A stretch of 64,000 nucleotides of DNA from Thermoplasmata archaeon (GTDB lineage: Archaea > Thermoplasmatota > E2 > JACPAO01 > JAHFTW01), in assembly GCA_034667725.1 (NCBI GenBank), contig JAXDQS010000005.1:32001-96000 (forward strand), given 5' to 3'. Made by a program: the position numbers and the translations under genes. Every line of letters starts with the position of its first letter. Positions within the stretch are counted from its first letter, which is position 1. Shown here piece after piece: positions 7,975-16,950 of the stretch. Below the pieces are notes generated by a model. That model saw only the letters and a list, made by a program, of their open reading frames with translations, was not told the DNA's origin and ran no database searches.

Positions 7975-9494
7975 GCCCGTCCCGCCTCCAGCTGCAAGCC
8001 CACCTTGAAGATCCGCTCGAACAACCCGCCCTTCTTCTGCAAGGCCCACTGCTCCAGCAAGAGGTCGCCCTCGCCGACCGCCTGCAGCGTGAGCTTGCCA
8101 CGGCCCCGCTTTACCCGCAGTTCCCGGACGGCGGCGTGGTGGCTGCGGTCGAGCGCGTCCGCCACCCGCAGCAGGGCGGCCATCCGCTCCACGCGGTCCT
8201 GGTCCTCCTTGGAAAGGGCGGCGAACGCCTCGTGGTCCGTCGTCGGCTCCTTGCGGCGGTGGTAGCGCGCCACTTGGCCCACCAGCCCGACGTCCTCCTG
8301 CGGGAAGCCCGGCAGCTCGGAGGCGGCGATGAGGTATTGGGAGTGCTTGTGGTGCTTGCGGCCCGACACGATGCGGCCCACGTCGTGCAGCAGGGCGGCG
8401 GCGTGAAGGATGCGCCGGTCGGGCGCGCCGAGGCCGTGCTCCTTCCGCAGCGCGTCGAACAGGGTCAGCGCCAGCCGCGCCACTTGGCGGCCGTGCGCCT
8501 CGTCGAACTGGTGGCGCCGGCCCAGGCCGATCGCGCCGGCCTCGACCACCTGCTCGGTGCGGCGGGGCGCGTCGCCGCCCAGTTGCCCGACCAGGTCCAG
8601 CAGCACGCCTTCCTTGAGGCCGACCTTGGGGACGTGGATGGCGGGCACGGCGGCCATGCGGGCGACGTGGAGGTAGACGTGCGCCGCGGGCAGGATGACG
8701 TCGGCGCGGTCGGGCCGCAGCCCGAGCTTCTCGACCCGCTCCTGCTCCGTCATGCCGGCGAGCTTGTCCGCCAGGCGCTCCAGCTCGCGCACCGGCAGGG
8801 GTCCGCCGCCGTCGCCGCCGGCCAGCCTGGCGAGGTCCTCGATGTTGCCGCCGGTCGCCGCCAGCCCGCCCAGCCGGCGGCCGTCGCGGCCCGGCAGCCG
8901 CAGCGGGCCAAGCACGTCGCCCACCAGGCGGGCGAACCGGGCGGGGTCGCGGGCGGCGGCGCGGAACTCCTCCAGCAGGCGGACGCTGCCCATCGGGTGC
9001 GACTCGGTCCAGGCGACCCCTTTGCGGTCGAGCAGGCTGACCTCGAGCGAGCCGCCGCCGAGGTCCATCACGAGCCACGGCTTGCCGTCAAGCTCGAGGC
9101 GGCCCGCGACCGCGAGCGCCACCAGGCGGGCCTCCTCGCCGCCGCCGATGGGCTCGACCCGCACGCCGGCCTCCTTGGCGGCGCGGCGCAGGAACGCCTC
9201 GCGGTTGGCGGCCTCGCGCACCGCGCTCGTGGCCACGATTCGCACGGCGCGCAGGTTGAGCGCGTCCATCTGCCCGCGGAAGCGCGCCAGCGCCTGGACG
9301 GCCTGGTCCATGGCGGCGGGCGCGAGGGCGCCGTCGCGGAACACCGACTCGCCGAGGCGGACGGGCGCGCGCTCCTGCAAGAGGACAGTGCTGTGGGCGG
9401 GGTCCGCGAACTCGGCGGCCATGCAGCGGACGCCATTGGAGCCGATGTCGATGCAGCCCACCCGCAGCGGGAACGGCGTGGACGCGCGAGGCAT
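7971..9494 (-). CDS. ppx: Exopolyphosphatase Ppx/GppA family with C-terminal HD domain
   Basis: IDIGSNG, VATSAVREA, GGEEA, DLGGGSLE, RADVI, LLHDVG..HHKHS. Confidence 0.95.
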   Translation of the reverse strand: MPRASTPFPLRVGCIDIGSNGVRCMAAEFADPAHSTVLLQERAPVRLGESVFRDGALAPAAMDQAVQALARFRGQMDALNLRAVRIVATSAVREAANREAFLRRAAKEAGVRVEPIGGGEEARLVALAVAGRLELDGKPWLVMDLGGGSLEVSLLDRKGVAWTESHPMGSVRLLEEFRAAARDPARFARLVGDVLGPLRLPGRDGRRLGGLAATGGNIEDLARLAGGDGGGPLPVRELERLADKLAGMTEQERVEKLGLRPDRADVILPAAHVYLHVARMAAVPAIHVPKVGLKEGVLLDLVGQLGGDAPRRTEQVVEAGAIGLGRRHQFDEAHGRQVARLALTLFDALRKEHGLGAPDRRILHAAALLHDVGRIVSGRKHHKHSQYLIAASELPGFPQEDVGLVGQVARYHRRKEPTTDHEAFAALSKEDQDRVERMAALLRVADALDRSHHAAVRELRVKRGRGKLTLQAVGEGDLLLEQWALQKKGGLFERIFKVGLQLEAGRA

Positions 9495-9557
9495 GGGGGC
9501 GGCCTGGGAAAGCCGGCCTTGCCTTTGGCTGTTCCTCCCGAGACAACGCGGCGGACG

Positions 9558-10445
9558 TCAGACGAACTTCATCAGCGTCGGGGTGACGTCGACGTTCCGG
9601 ATGTCCTGCTGGTAGAGCGGGACCTCGCCGGTCGCCATCGGGTAGGCGTCCTCCAGCGTGGCCAGCTTGTCGTTGCGGTAGAGGGTGCCGAGCGCGATGT
9701 TGTTCTGGCCCCACTCCAGCGCCTTCTCGAACGCCTTCACCTTGTTGGTGGGGTCCCAGTCGGCGGGCAGCTTGACGCTCTGCTCCTTGTACCACGCGTA
9801 GGTGTTGACCTTGTTGAAGGTGACACAGGGCTGCAGGATGTCGATGAGCGCGAAGCCCTTGTACTCCATGCCGGCGCGGATGGTCTCGGCCAGGTGCTTG
9901 GGGTCACCGGACGAGCTGCGGGCCACGAAGCCGGCGCCGCACGCGATGGCGAGCGCCAGCGGGTTGACGGGCGCCTCGAAGTTGCCCTTCGGCGTCGTCT
10001 TGGTCTTGTGGCCGAGGTCGGTCGTCGGCGACGCCTGCCCGGTCGTGAGGCCGTAGATCTGGTTGTTGTGCGCCAGCATCGTGAGGTTCACGTTGCGGCG
10101 GGCCGCGTGCACGAGGTGGCCGACGCCGATGCCGTAGCCGTCGCCGTCGCCCGAGATCACGATGAGGTCGTTCTTGGTGTTGGCCAGGCGCATCGCGGTG
10201 GCGATCGGCAGGGCGCGGCCGTGCAGCGTGTGGAAGCCGTAGGTGTTGAGCCAGTGGGGGAGCTTGCTGCTGCACCCGATGCCGGCCACGACGCTGACCT
10301 CGTGGGGCTGCTTCTGCAGGTCCACCAGGACCTTCTTGAGCGCGTTGAGGATGCCGAAGTCGCCGCAGCCGGGGCACCAGTCGGGCTTGCTCTCGGTGGT
10401 GAAGTCCTTGACGGTGAGCTTGGCGGCCTGGGCGGTCTCGGTCAT
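9558..10445 (-). CDS. korB: 2-oxoacid:ferredoxin oxidoreductase beta subunit
   Basis: WCPGCGDFG, GIGCS, HTLHGR, GDGDG..IG, NNQIYGLTTGQASPT, QPCVTFN. Confidence 0.93.
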   Translation of the reverse strand: MTETAQAAKLTVKDFTTESKPDWCPGCGDFGILNALKKVLVDLQKQPHEVSVVAGIGCSSKLPHWLNTYGFHTLHGRALPIATAMRLANTKNDLIVISGDGDGYGIGVGHLVHAARRNVNLTMLAHNNQIYGLTTGQASPTTDLGHKTKTTPKGNFEAPVNPLALAIACGAGFVARSSSGDPKHLAETIRAGMEYKGFALIDILQPCVTFNKVNTYAWYKEQSVKLPADWDPTNKVKAFEKALEWGQNNIALGTLYRNDKLATLEDAYPMATGEVPLYQQDIRNVDVTPTLMKFV

Positions 10446-12301
10446 CACTTGGCCTCCTGGGTGGCGTACGACTCGGTGGCGATCGCGAGCACGTCGCTGA
10501 AGCTGCCCTTCGTGACCTTCATGAGGTCGCGGTAGAGCTGGATCGGGTTGAACGGCCGGCCGTCGAGGCGGTGGATGCGGGCGTCGCAGCCCCGGAGCAG
10601 GTGCTCGCGGATGAGGCCCTCGAACTGGCCGAGGTGGTTGGCCTCGACCATGACGGTGCGCTTGCACTTCTCCAGCATCTCGCCCAGCACGGCCGGGAAC
10701 GGCCAGATGTACATCACGTGCAGCACGTTCGCCTTGATGCCGGCCTTGTGCAGCAGCTTCAGCGACTCGATGGCGGGGCCCTTGGTGCCGCCCCAGCACA
10801 CGATGGTCAGGTCGGCCGCCTCGGGGTCCTTGTCCTCGACGACCTCCAGGTGCTTGCCCTGCTGCGCCCAGGTGTAGAACTTGGGCGGCGGCAGCGCCTT
10901 GGCCATCGCCTCCATCTTGCGGAACCGCTTCAGCATGCGCTCGGTGCGGTTGGTCGGGTCCTCCGTGATGTCGCCGAACTTGTTCTGCTCGTCGGACGCC
11001 ATCGTGTGCAGGCCGCCGGGCTGGCCGGGAACGGTGCGGGGGGACACGCCGTCCTTGGTGAACTCCAGGCGCGCGAACTTGCGGTACTCGGGGTCCACCT
11101 TGGCCTCGCCGTGCTTCAGGAGCTTGCCGCGGTTGATGACCAGGCCCTTGGTGTTGTAGGGCTCCCAGGTCTGGTGGTGCTCGGCCAGGTTCTTGTCCGT
11201 CATCAGGATGACCGGCACCTGGAACATCTCCGCCAGGTTCAGCGCCTCGAAGGCCGCGTAGAAGCACTCCTTGGTGTCGCCGGGCGCGATCACGAAGCGC
11301 GGGAACTCGTCTTGGGACGCGTGCAGGATGAAGCGCAGGTCGGCCTGGCCGCTCCACGTCGGCAAGCCCGTCGCGGGGCCGGCGCGCTGCACGTCGACGT
11401 AGACCATGGGGACCTCGGCGATGGCCGCCAGGCCCAGGCCCTCGACCATGAGCGCGAAGCCGCCGCCCGAGGTGCCGCACGCGGCGCGCAGGCCCTGGTA
11501 GTTGGCGCCGATCGCCATCAGGCCGGCCGCCAGCTCGTCCTCGGTCTGCTTCGCGATGACCCCGTAGGGCTCGCCATACTGGATGAGCGTCTGGAGGATG
11601 GCCGTCGCCGGCGTCATCGGATAGGCCGAGTACCACTTCAGGCCGCCCTGCACGAACCCGATCGCCGTCGACTGGTTGCCCGTGATGAGCATCCGCTTCG
11701 GCGCGTCCTTGTGCTCGCCGACGAACTTGGCGACCTTGTCGGCGAAGTTCTTCTGCACGAACTCGAAGCCCGACCGGCCTGCCGTGACGTTCATCGTCAT
11801 GACGTCGCCGCCCTTCTTGCCGAAGATCTCCCCGAGACCCTCCTCGATGTAGTGGAACGGATAGCCGATGAAGGCCAGCATCGCGCCGACCGCCACCGTG
11901 TTCTTCGTGATGGCGCCGCCCGCCGCCTCGGACAGCTTCTTGAGCGGGATGCTGAGGAAGAACACGCCGCGCGCTTGGTGCTCTGCGTACGCCGGGTCGT
12001 TGGCCTGGACCTCGTCGCCGTCGTACACGATGACGCCGCCCTTGACGACGTCCTTGATGTGCAGGTCGATGGTCTCCTTGTTGAGCGCGATCAGGCACTG
12101 CAGCTCAGGATAGTACGACACGATCGGCTCGTCGGAGGCCGTGACGTGGATGGCGTTGTGCCCGCCACGGATGAGCGAAGGATACTCGATGTTCGTGTAG
12201 ACCCAGAGGCCGCCATGCGTGAGGCACTTGGCCAACAAGTCGCCCGAGGACATGATGCCGAAGCCAGCCTCGCCGCCGATCATCGCAGAGACGCGTCCCA
12301 T
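10445..12301 (-). CDS. korA: 2-oxoacid:ferredoxin oxidoreductase alpha subunit (gamma-alpha fusion)
   Basis: GGEAGFGI, YPSLIRGGHN, AYPMTPA, QTEDE, TSGGGFALM, QRAGPATGLPT. Confidence 0.93.
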   Translation of the reverse strand: MGRVSAMIGGEAGFGIMSSGDLLAKCLTHGGLWVYTNIEYPSLIRGGHNAIHVTASDEPIVSYYPELQCLIALNKETIDLHIKDVVKGGVIVYDGDEVQANDPAYAEHQARGVFFLSIPLKKLSEAAGGAITKNTVAVGAMLAFIGYPFHYIEEGLGEIFGKKGGDVMTMNVTAGRSGFEFVQKNFADKVAKFVGEHKDAPKRMLITGNQSTAIGFVQGGLKWYSAYPMTPATAILQTLIQYGEPYGVIAKQTEDELAAGLMAIGANYQGLRAACGTSGGGFALMVEGLGLAAIAEVPMVYVDVQRAGPATGLPTWSGQADLRFILHASQDEFPRFVIAPGDTKECFYAAFEALNLAEMFQVPVILMTDKNLAEHHQTWEPYNTKGLVINRGKLLKHGEAKVDPEYRKFARLEFTKDGVSPRTVPGQPGGLHTMASDEQNKFGDITEDPTNRTERMLKRFRKMEAMAKALPPPKFYTWAQQGKHLEVVEDKDPEAADLTIVCWGGTKGPAIESLKLLHKAGIKANVLHVMYIWPFPAVLGEMLEKCKRTVMVEANHLGQFEGLIREHLLRGCDARIHRLDGRPFNPIQLYRDLMKVTKGSFSDVLAIATESYATQEAK

Positions 12302-12326
12302 ACCAGGTGGCGACGATGGCAGGTTG

Positions 12327-12334
12327 TATCTAAA
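12327..12334 (-). promoter_or_regulatory. TATA box for a leaderless korA transcript
   Basis: TTTAGATA on the minus strand ~26 nt upstream of ATG 12301. Confidence 0.6.
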
Positions 12335-12475
12335 GGTAAGGGGGGCGGCGGCCTTCCCAGGCGTTGCGCTGCCGTCCGGCGGGCAGCGGTCGCTCACAAC
12401 CGCGAATTGGCTTTCCCCAAACGGCACCACCATTCGCCAATAACTCTAAGTCGAATCCATCAGTCAATCGCAACA

Positions 12476-14599
12476 ATGGGTTTCAGCGCATGGAAGGTGG
12501 CCAAGGTTTGCGCCGGCCTGTTGACCGTTGTTTCCCTTACGGGGTCCTTGTTACCGGTCCCGCCGCCCGCTCCAAGCCTTCCGCTGGATTCATGCGCAGG
12601 GGCCGCCGCCGAGGGCGCGACATTCACAAGAATCTCCACGGCCGACCTGCTGGCCGATGCCGCCGCTGGCGTTGCGCGGCTGACGCACCGCGGCAAGACC
12701 TACGAAGTCCCCGTCGAGCAAGTCTCCGTCCACGGGAACTTCACGGATGGCGTGGAAACCAAGACCTGGAACGAAGTCATCCCGATCCACTACGTTGGCG
12801 AGAACAAGACGACCGAGGTCCGCGCCTTGCTGGTCGGAACCGAGGACAACCTGGTCGTCATGTTCAGCAGTTGGCACGGCATGGTCCTCGCGACCGCCGC
12901 GTCCAGCATCGCCTCGACTTCCGCCGGCGACTGCTACCTCATCGGTGGCGCCGCCCGGGCGCCGCACACGGGAGGCGAGCTTCCAGGCGCCCATGTTCCA
13001 ACGATGACCCCCTTGGAGATTCCGTCCACTGCCCCCGTGCAGTGCATTCCCTTGGCAGACCGCGACGAGGTTTGCGTCCCATCCTGTGCGGGCGGCGTGC
13101 GCCAAGTGGAAAGCACCGTGGTGTTCTGCGGCGACGAGGTCGAGCCCTGCCCAGGCGGCATCAGCCTGAGCACCAACGGCGGCGCCTTGGTGTGCGGCCG
13201 GCCGGTCCAACCATGCCGCCGGGACCCGTGCGTCCCCATGCCCGAATGCCTTGAAGGAAACCCACAGGAGGACGAGCCGGAAATCTGCGGCTACCCCATC
13301 CCAGAATGCGACCTGGACGCGAGCCCGGGGACTCCTTGCGGCCTGCACCCCTGCCAGGGCAGCATCTGCGACAACCCCTGCGTAGAGGCCCTTGGCAGCA
13401 TCGTCGAGAACGGCCAACTGGCGTTCATCAGCAGCGAAGGCGAGGACGACGCGCCGGTCCTGCTTGACGAGTGCGTAGGAGGTTGCCCGCCCGCATCCCC
13501 GGAGTGCTGCTCTGCAACCGACCGCGCCTTGGGCAACTGCTGCGGCGACGCCAGCGACGACTGTTGCGACGGCGAGCTGGCGCCCATCCTCTCGGAGCTT
13601 CGGGACCTGGGCCTCCCCGGCATGTGCGAAGGCTGCGAAGGGCCGCTCGTGAGCGTCCGAGCCCTTGACGATGCGTGCCAGACGGGCGACCCATGCGGTT
13701 CAGGGTGCGACCTGTTCCTCCACACGTATGGCGACTCCAGGTTCTGCACCACGTACCACGATGACTTCTACTGGGCCTTCATGATGGGCGTCGGGACGGC
13801 CATCACGCAAGACGTATGGGACGCCACCGGGTTGAACACGCGGTTCTACCAGAACGGCGACTGCGGGACATGGAACCCCACCACGCACACTTCCACCACT
13901 CCGTGGCTGAACTCCACAACTTGTCCCACGGTGAACGACGCGGCAATCGACTTCGAAGACACAATCATGAACGATACTACCTCGACATACTACAATGACG
14001 AGCGGAACCACCTGTTCTTCCTCTACATGGCCCCCACGGCGCCCAACTTCTGCGGCGGCGGTTCGTTCTGCCCCGGCAACAAAGGCCACGCCGACATGCG
14101 CCCCCTAGGCGACCGCGGCTACGGCACCACCGATCCCGACCTCAGCGACTACGACCTGCACAACCGCCAAGCCGTGGACCTGACCTTCGTCCTGGCCCAC
14201 GAACTCGGCCACAACCTCTGGGGCACACACGACGGCTGCACACCCGGAATCAACCCACGCAACGAGGACAAACCCGAGTTCGAGCCGCCAGTGCCCCAGG
14301 CCGACCGGTTCGCAGGCGCTGACGGCTGCACCGAACTCTCAAGCAGCCCGGCCGTCATGTTCAGCGAGGCTTGCTATGACATCATGGGCAGCCGCCCGAC
14401 GGGTCCTGAATGGGACGACCGCGACACCATCCCCCGCTACTCGGACGGCTATCACAACGAGAACCCCTCGTTGAGCAACAAATACTACATGCAATGCGAG
14501 ATTGCGTGGAAAATCACTGGCGACGACCGCTACCACACCGCCGACGGATGCGCCCAAATGCATGGAGCCACTACTGCCTTCTCGCCGGCGCTCCCATGA
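12476..14599 (+). CDS. Secreted Cys-rich zinc metalloprotease (metzincin, reprolysin-like)
   Basis: N-terminal signal-like segment, ~40 Cys, AHELGHNLWGTHD zinc motif, downstream Met-turn-like DIMG; true ATG at 12476 inside ORF 10571..14599. Confidence 0.8.
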   Translation: MGFSAWKVAKVCAGLLTVVSLTGSLLPVPPPAPSLPLDSCAGAAAEGATFTRISTADLLADAAAGVARLTHRGKTYEVPVEQVSVHGNFTDGVETKTWNEVIPIHYVGENKTTEVRALLVGTEDNLVVMFSSWHGMVLATAASSIASTSAGDCYLIGGAARAPHTGGELPGAHVPTMTPLEIPSTAPVQCIPLADRDEVCVPSCAGGVRQVESTVVFCGDEVEPCPGGISLSTNGGALVCGRPVQPCRRDPCVPMPECLEGNPQEDEPEICGYPIPECDLDASPGTPCGLHPCQGSICDNPCVEALGSIVENGQLAFISSEGEDDAPVLLDECVGGCPPASPECCSATDRALGNCCGDASDDCCDGELAPILSELRDLGLPGMCEGCEGPLVSVRALDDACQTGDPCGSGCDLFLHTYGDSRFCTTYHDDFYWAFMMGVGTAITQDVWDATGLNTRFYQNGDCGTWNPTTHTSTTPWLNSTTCPTVNDAAIDFEDTIMNDTTSTYYNDERNHLFFLYMAPTAPNFCGGGSFCPGNKGHADMRPLGDRGYGTTDPDLSDYDLHNRQAVDLTFVLAHELGHNLWGTHDGCTPGINPRNEDKPEFEPPVPQADRFAGADGCTELSSSPAVMFSEACYDIMGSRPTGPEWDDRDTIPRYSDGYHNENPSLSNKYYMQCEIAWKITGDDRYHTADGCAQMHGATTAFSPALP

Positions 14600-15051
14600 A
14601 CAAGCTCTTGGTCGCGGCAGTGTTGCTGGCCAGCCTACTGGCGGGTTGCGGCTCCAGCGTCGAGGACCCCACGACGACCACCACCGCCACCATCCGGACA
14701 GGTCCACCGCCAACCGGACCCTGCAAGCACCTGTATCAGCCCTCCACACAAGGTCAGGTGCTGGTCGAGGTTAGTTTGAGCCAGGGGCCGGCGGAGGGGA
14801 TGGATATCAGTGGCCACCTCATCCGCATCGAGGGCTCGGACATGATTCCCGGCGGGGACGCGCAGGTCGCCGGCACCTGCATGCGCGCCGAAATCCCCCA
14901 AGCGGGGCAATATTTTGTCTCCGTCCGCACGCCGGACAACTACACCGGCGGGGAGAACTGCTACTGGCACGGGGGGACGGGTCGCTTCAATTTTGACCAG
15001 CAGGCCTACAAGGAACTGCACGCGACCCTCAATTTCCAGTGCACGCACTAG
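14596..15051 (+). CDS. Lipoprotein, paralogue 1 of 3
   Basis: Lipobox LLAGC, Thr-rich linker, four further conserved Cys; ATGA overlap with the protease stop. Confidence 0.85.
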   Translation: MNKLLVAAVLLASLLAGCGSSVEDPTTTTTATIRTGPPPTGPCKHLYQPSTQGQVLVEVSLSQGPAEGMDISGHLIRIEGSDMIPGGDAQVAGTCMRAEIPQAGQYFVSVRTPDNYTGGENCYWHGGTGRFNFDQQAYKELHATLNFQCTH

Positions 15052-15059
15052 ACGTGACC

Positions 15060-15512
15060 ATGAACAAGTTCTGGGTGACGGCAGTGTTGTTGGCCAGCCT
15101 ACTGGCGGGTTGCGGCGGCAGCGTCGAGGATTCAACGACGACCACCGCGGCGACAGTCCGGACTGGCCCACCCCCTACGGGGCCGTGCAAGCACCTCTAC
15201 CAACCCTCAACGCAGGGTCAGGTCTTGGTTGAAATACGGATGAGCCAAGGGACCACGCAAGGGCTGCAATTCACCAGCCAACTCATCCGTATCGAGGGTT
15301 CTACCCAGCTTGAGGAAGGGGATGCCCAAGTTCTAGGTTCGTGCATACGTGCCATCATCCCTCAGGCGGGGAAATACATGGTCTATGTGCGGACGCCGGA
15401 CAATTACAGCGGTGGGGAGAATTGCTACTGGCACGGAGGCAAAACCTTCGATTTCGCCGAGCAGGTCTATCTCGAACTCCAGGCGGTCATGAACTTCCAA
15501 TGCGCGCACTAG
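15060..15512 (+). CDS. Lipoprotein, paralogue 2 of 3
   Basis: LLAGC, TGPCKHLYQPSTQGQVLVE, VRTPDNY.GGENCYW, NFQCAH shared with neighbours. Confidence 0.85.
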   Translation: MNKFWVTAVLLASLLAGCGGSVEDSTTTTAATVRTGPPPTGPCKHLYQPSTQGQVLVEIRMSQGTTQGLQFTSQLIRIEGSTQLEEGDAQVLGSCIRAIIPQAGKYMVYVRTPDNYSGGENCYWHGGKTFDFAEQVYLELQAVMNFQCAH

Positions 15513-15520
15513 GCGTTGCC

Positions 15521-15979
15521 ATGAACAAACTCTGGGTCACGGCGGTGCTGGCCGTTCTCCTGGCGGGTTGCGGCGGCAGCGTCGAGGATTCAACGACAAC
15601 CACCGCGGCGACCGTCCGGACTGGTCCACCGTCCACTGGCCCCTGCAAGCACCTGTATCAGCCTTCGACGCAAGGCCAGGTCTTGGTCGAGGTCCGCCTG
15701 AGCCGAGAGGCCGAAGACCAACACTTCATCGGCCGGTTGGTGCGCATTGAGAACAACACCCCGATTACCGAGGCTGAGGCCGACGTGCAGGTCGCAGGCT
15801 CCTGCGTGCGGGCTGAAATCCCTCGGGCAGGGAATTACATGGTTTCTGTCCGAACGCCAGACAACTACACTGGCGGGGAAAACTGCTACTGGAGCGGAGC
15901 CACCAGTCGCTTCGATTTTGACGCGCAGGCATACAAAGAGCTACCCGCGACCCTCAATTTCCAATGCGCGCACACCTAG
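15521..15979 (+). CDS. Lipoprotein, paralogue 3 of 3
   Basis: Same conserved blocks as paralogues 1 and 2. Confidence 0.85.
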   Translation: MNKLWVTAVLAVLLAGCGGSVEDSTTTTAATVRTGPPSTGPCKHLYQPSTQGQVLVEVRLSREAEDQHFIGRLVRIENNTPITEAEADVQVAGSCVRAEIPRAGNYMVSVRTPDNYTGGENCYWSGATSRFDFDAQAYKELPATLNFQCAHT

Positions 15980-16012
15980 CCGGAGGCCAATCTGCGGGCC
16001 CCTGGGACGCCG

Positions 16013-16855
16013 TCAGGCTGCCTTCATCGTCGAGTGCACCACGACCTCGACCACGACGCTCTGGTTGGGGGCGCCCGAGTACACCGACACGAAGTAGCTC
16101 GCCGTCCCCTCAGGAACAGCAAGAACAACGCCGTCGTTGCTCTCCACGGTCCCTTCCGTCGCGGCTCCAGAGATCGCGGTCCCGTCGGGGGCGCACAAGG
16201 CGATCTCGCCTGTTCCCGAAACAAAAGTCGCCGTGATGTAGGTCGCCCCCTCGTACACGGGGAACAGCCGCGCCGCCCAGTTGGTGGCGTCGACCTGCGG
16301 GACGCCGGAGGCGCCTTCGCAGCTTTCGGCCTCGGCGACCGTCGACGGCAGGGCGCCTTGGAAGTTGGCGCCGGCGCCCAGGGTGAGGTTCAGGTCGACG
16401 TAGGCGTGGGTCCGCAGGTTGGTGAGGCCGTTGCGCTTGTCGACGGCGGACACGGTCACGTTGACGGGGCCGGGCACGCGCATCTGGAAGGTCTGGGGGG
16501 TCGAGGCGCCGCCCGAGTAGAGCAGGCGGGCGGGCATGGTGCCGTTGGCGTCCGTGAGCGCGATGGCGATGGCGGAGATGCCGTCGCCGTCGGGGTCGAA
16601 CGACTGGGAGGCGTCGAAGGTGAGGTTGCCGCCCACGACGGTGACGTTGCCGGCGGCGCCGTTGGCGGTGACGTTCAGGACGATGCGCGGGAACTCGTTC
16701 GGCCTGGCCGTGGTGGTCGGGCCCGTGGTGGTGCCCGTCGTGCCGTGGGTGTGGCCGGTGCCGTCGGTGTGGGTGTCGTCCGTGGTGCCGTCGTCGGAGC
16801 CGGAGCAGCCGGCGAGCGCCAGCAGGGCGGCAAGGAGGAGGGCGAGCTTCCGCAT
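16013..16855 (-). CDS. PKD/Ig-like domain lipoprotein
   Basis: LAGC lipobox, Thr/Gly linker, FDASQSFDPDGD. Confidence 0.8.
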   Translation of the reverse strand: MRKLALLLAALLALAGCSGSDDGTTDDTHTDGTGHTHGTTGTTTGPTTTARPNEFPRIVLNVTANGAAGNVTVVGGNLTFDASQSFDPDGDGISAIAIALTDANGTMPARLLYSGGASTPQTFQMRVPGPVNVTVSAVDKRNGLTNLRTHAYVDLNLTLGAGANFQGALPSTVAEAESCEGASGVPQVDATNWAARLFPVYEGATYITATFVSGTGEIALCAPDGTAISGAATEGTVESNDGVVLAVPEGTASYFVSVYSGAPNQSVVVEVVVHSTMKAA

Positions 16856-16950
16856 GGGCGCCGGCAAGGGCTCGTGGCTTAAGCCTCGCGGGTGGCGCGC
16901 GGTTGACTTGTGGCGGGGCAAATGCCCAAGAACGACGCCCCGGTCGCGCC

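Noticed and set aside
10571-12475. N-terminal 635 aa of the 1342-aa ORF
   Set aside because: Antisense shadow of korA; the real gene starts at 12476.
14596-15979. DGR-driven variation among the three lipoproteins
   Set aside because: Substitutions affect all bases and include indels; consistent with ordinary paralogue divergence.
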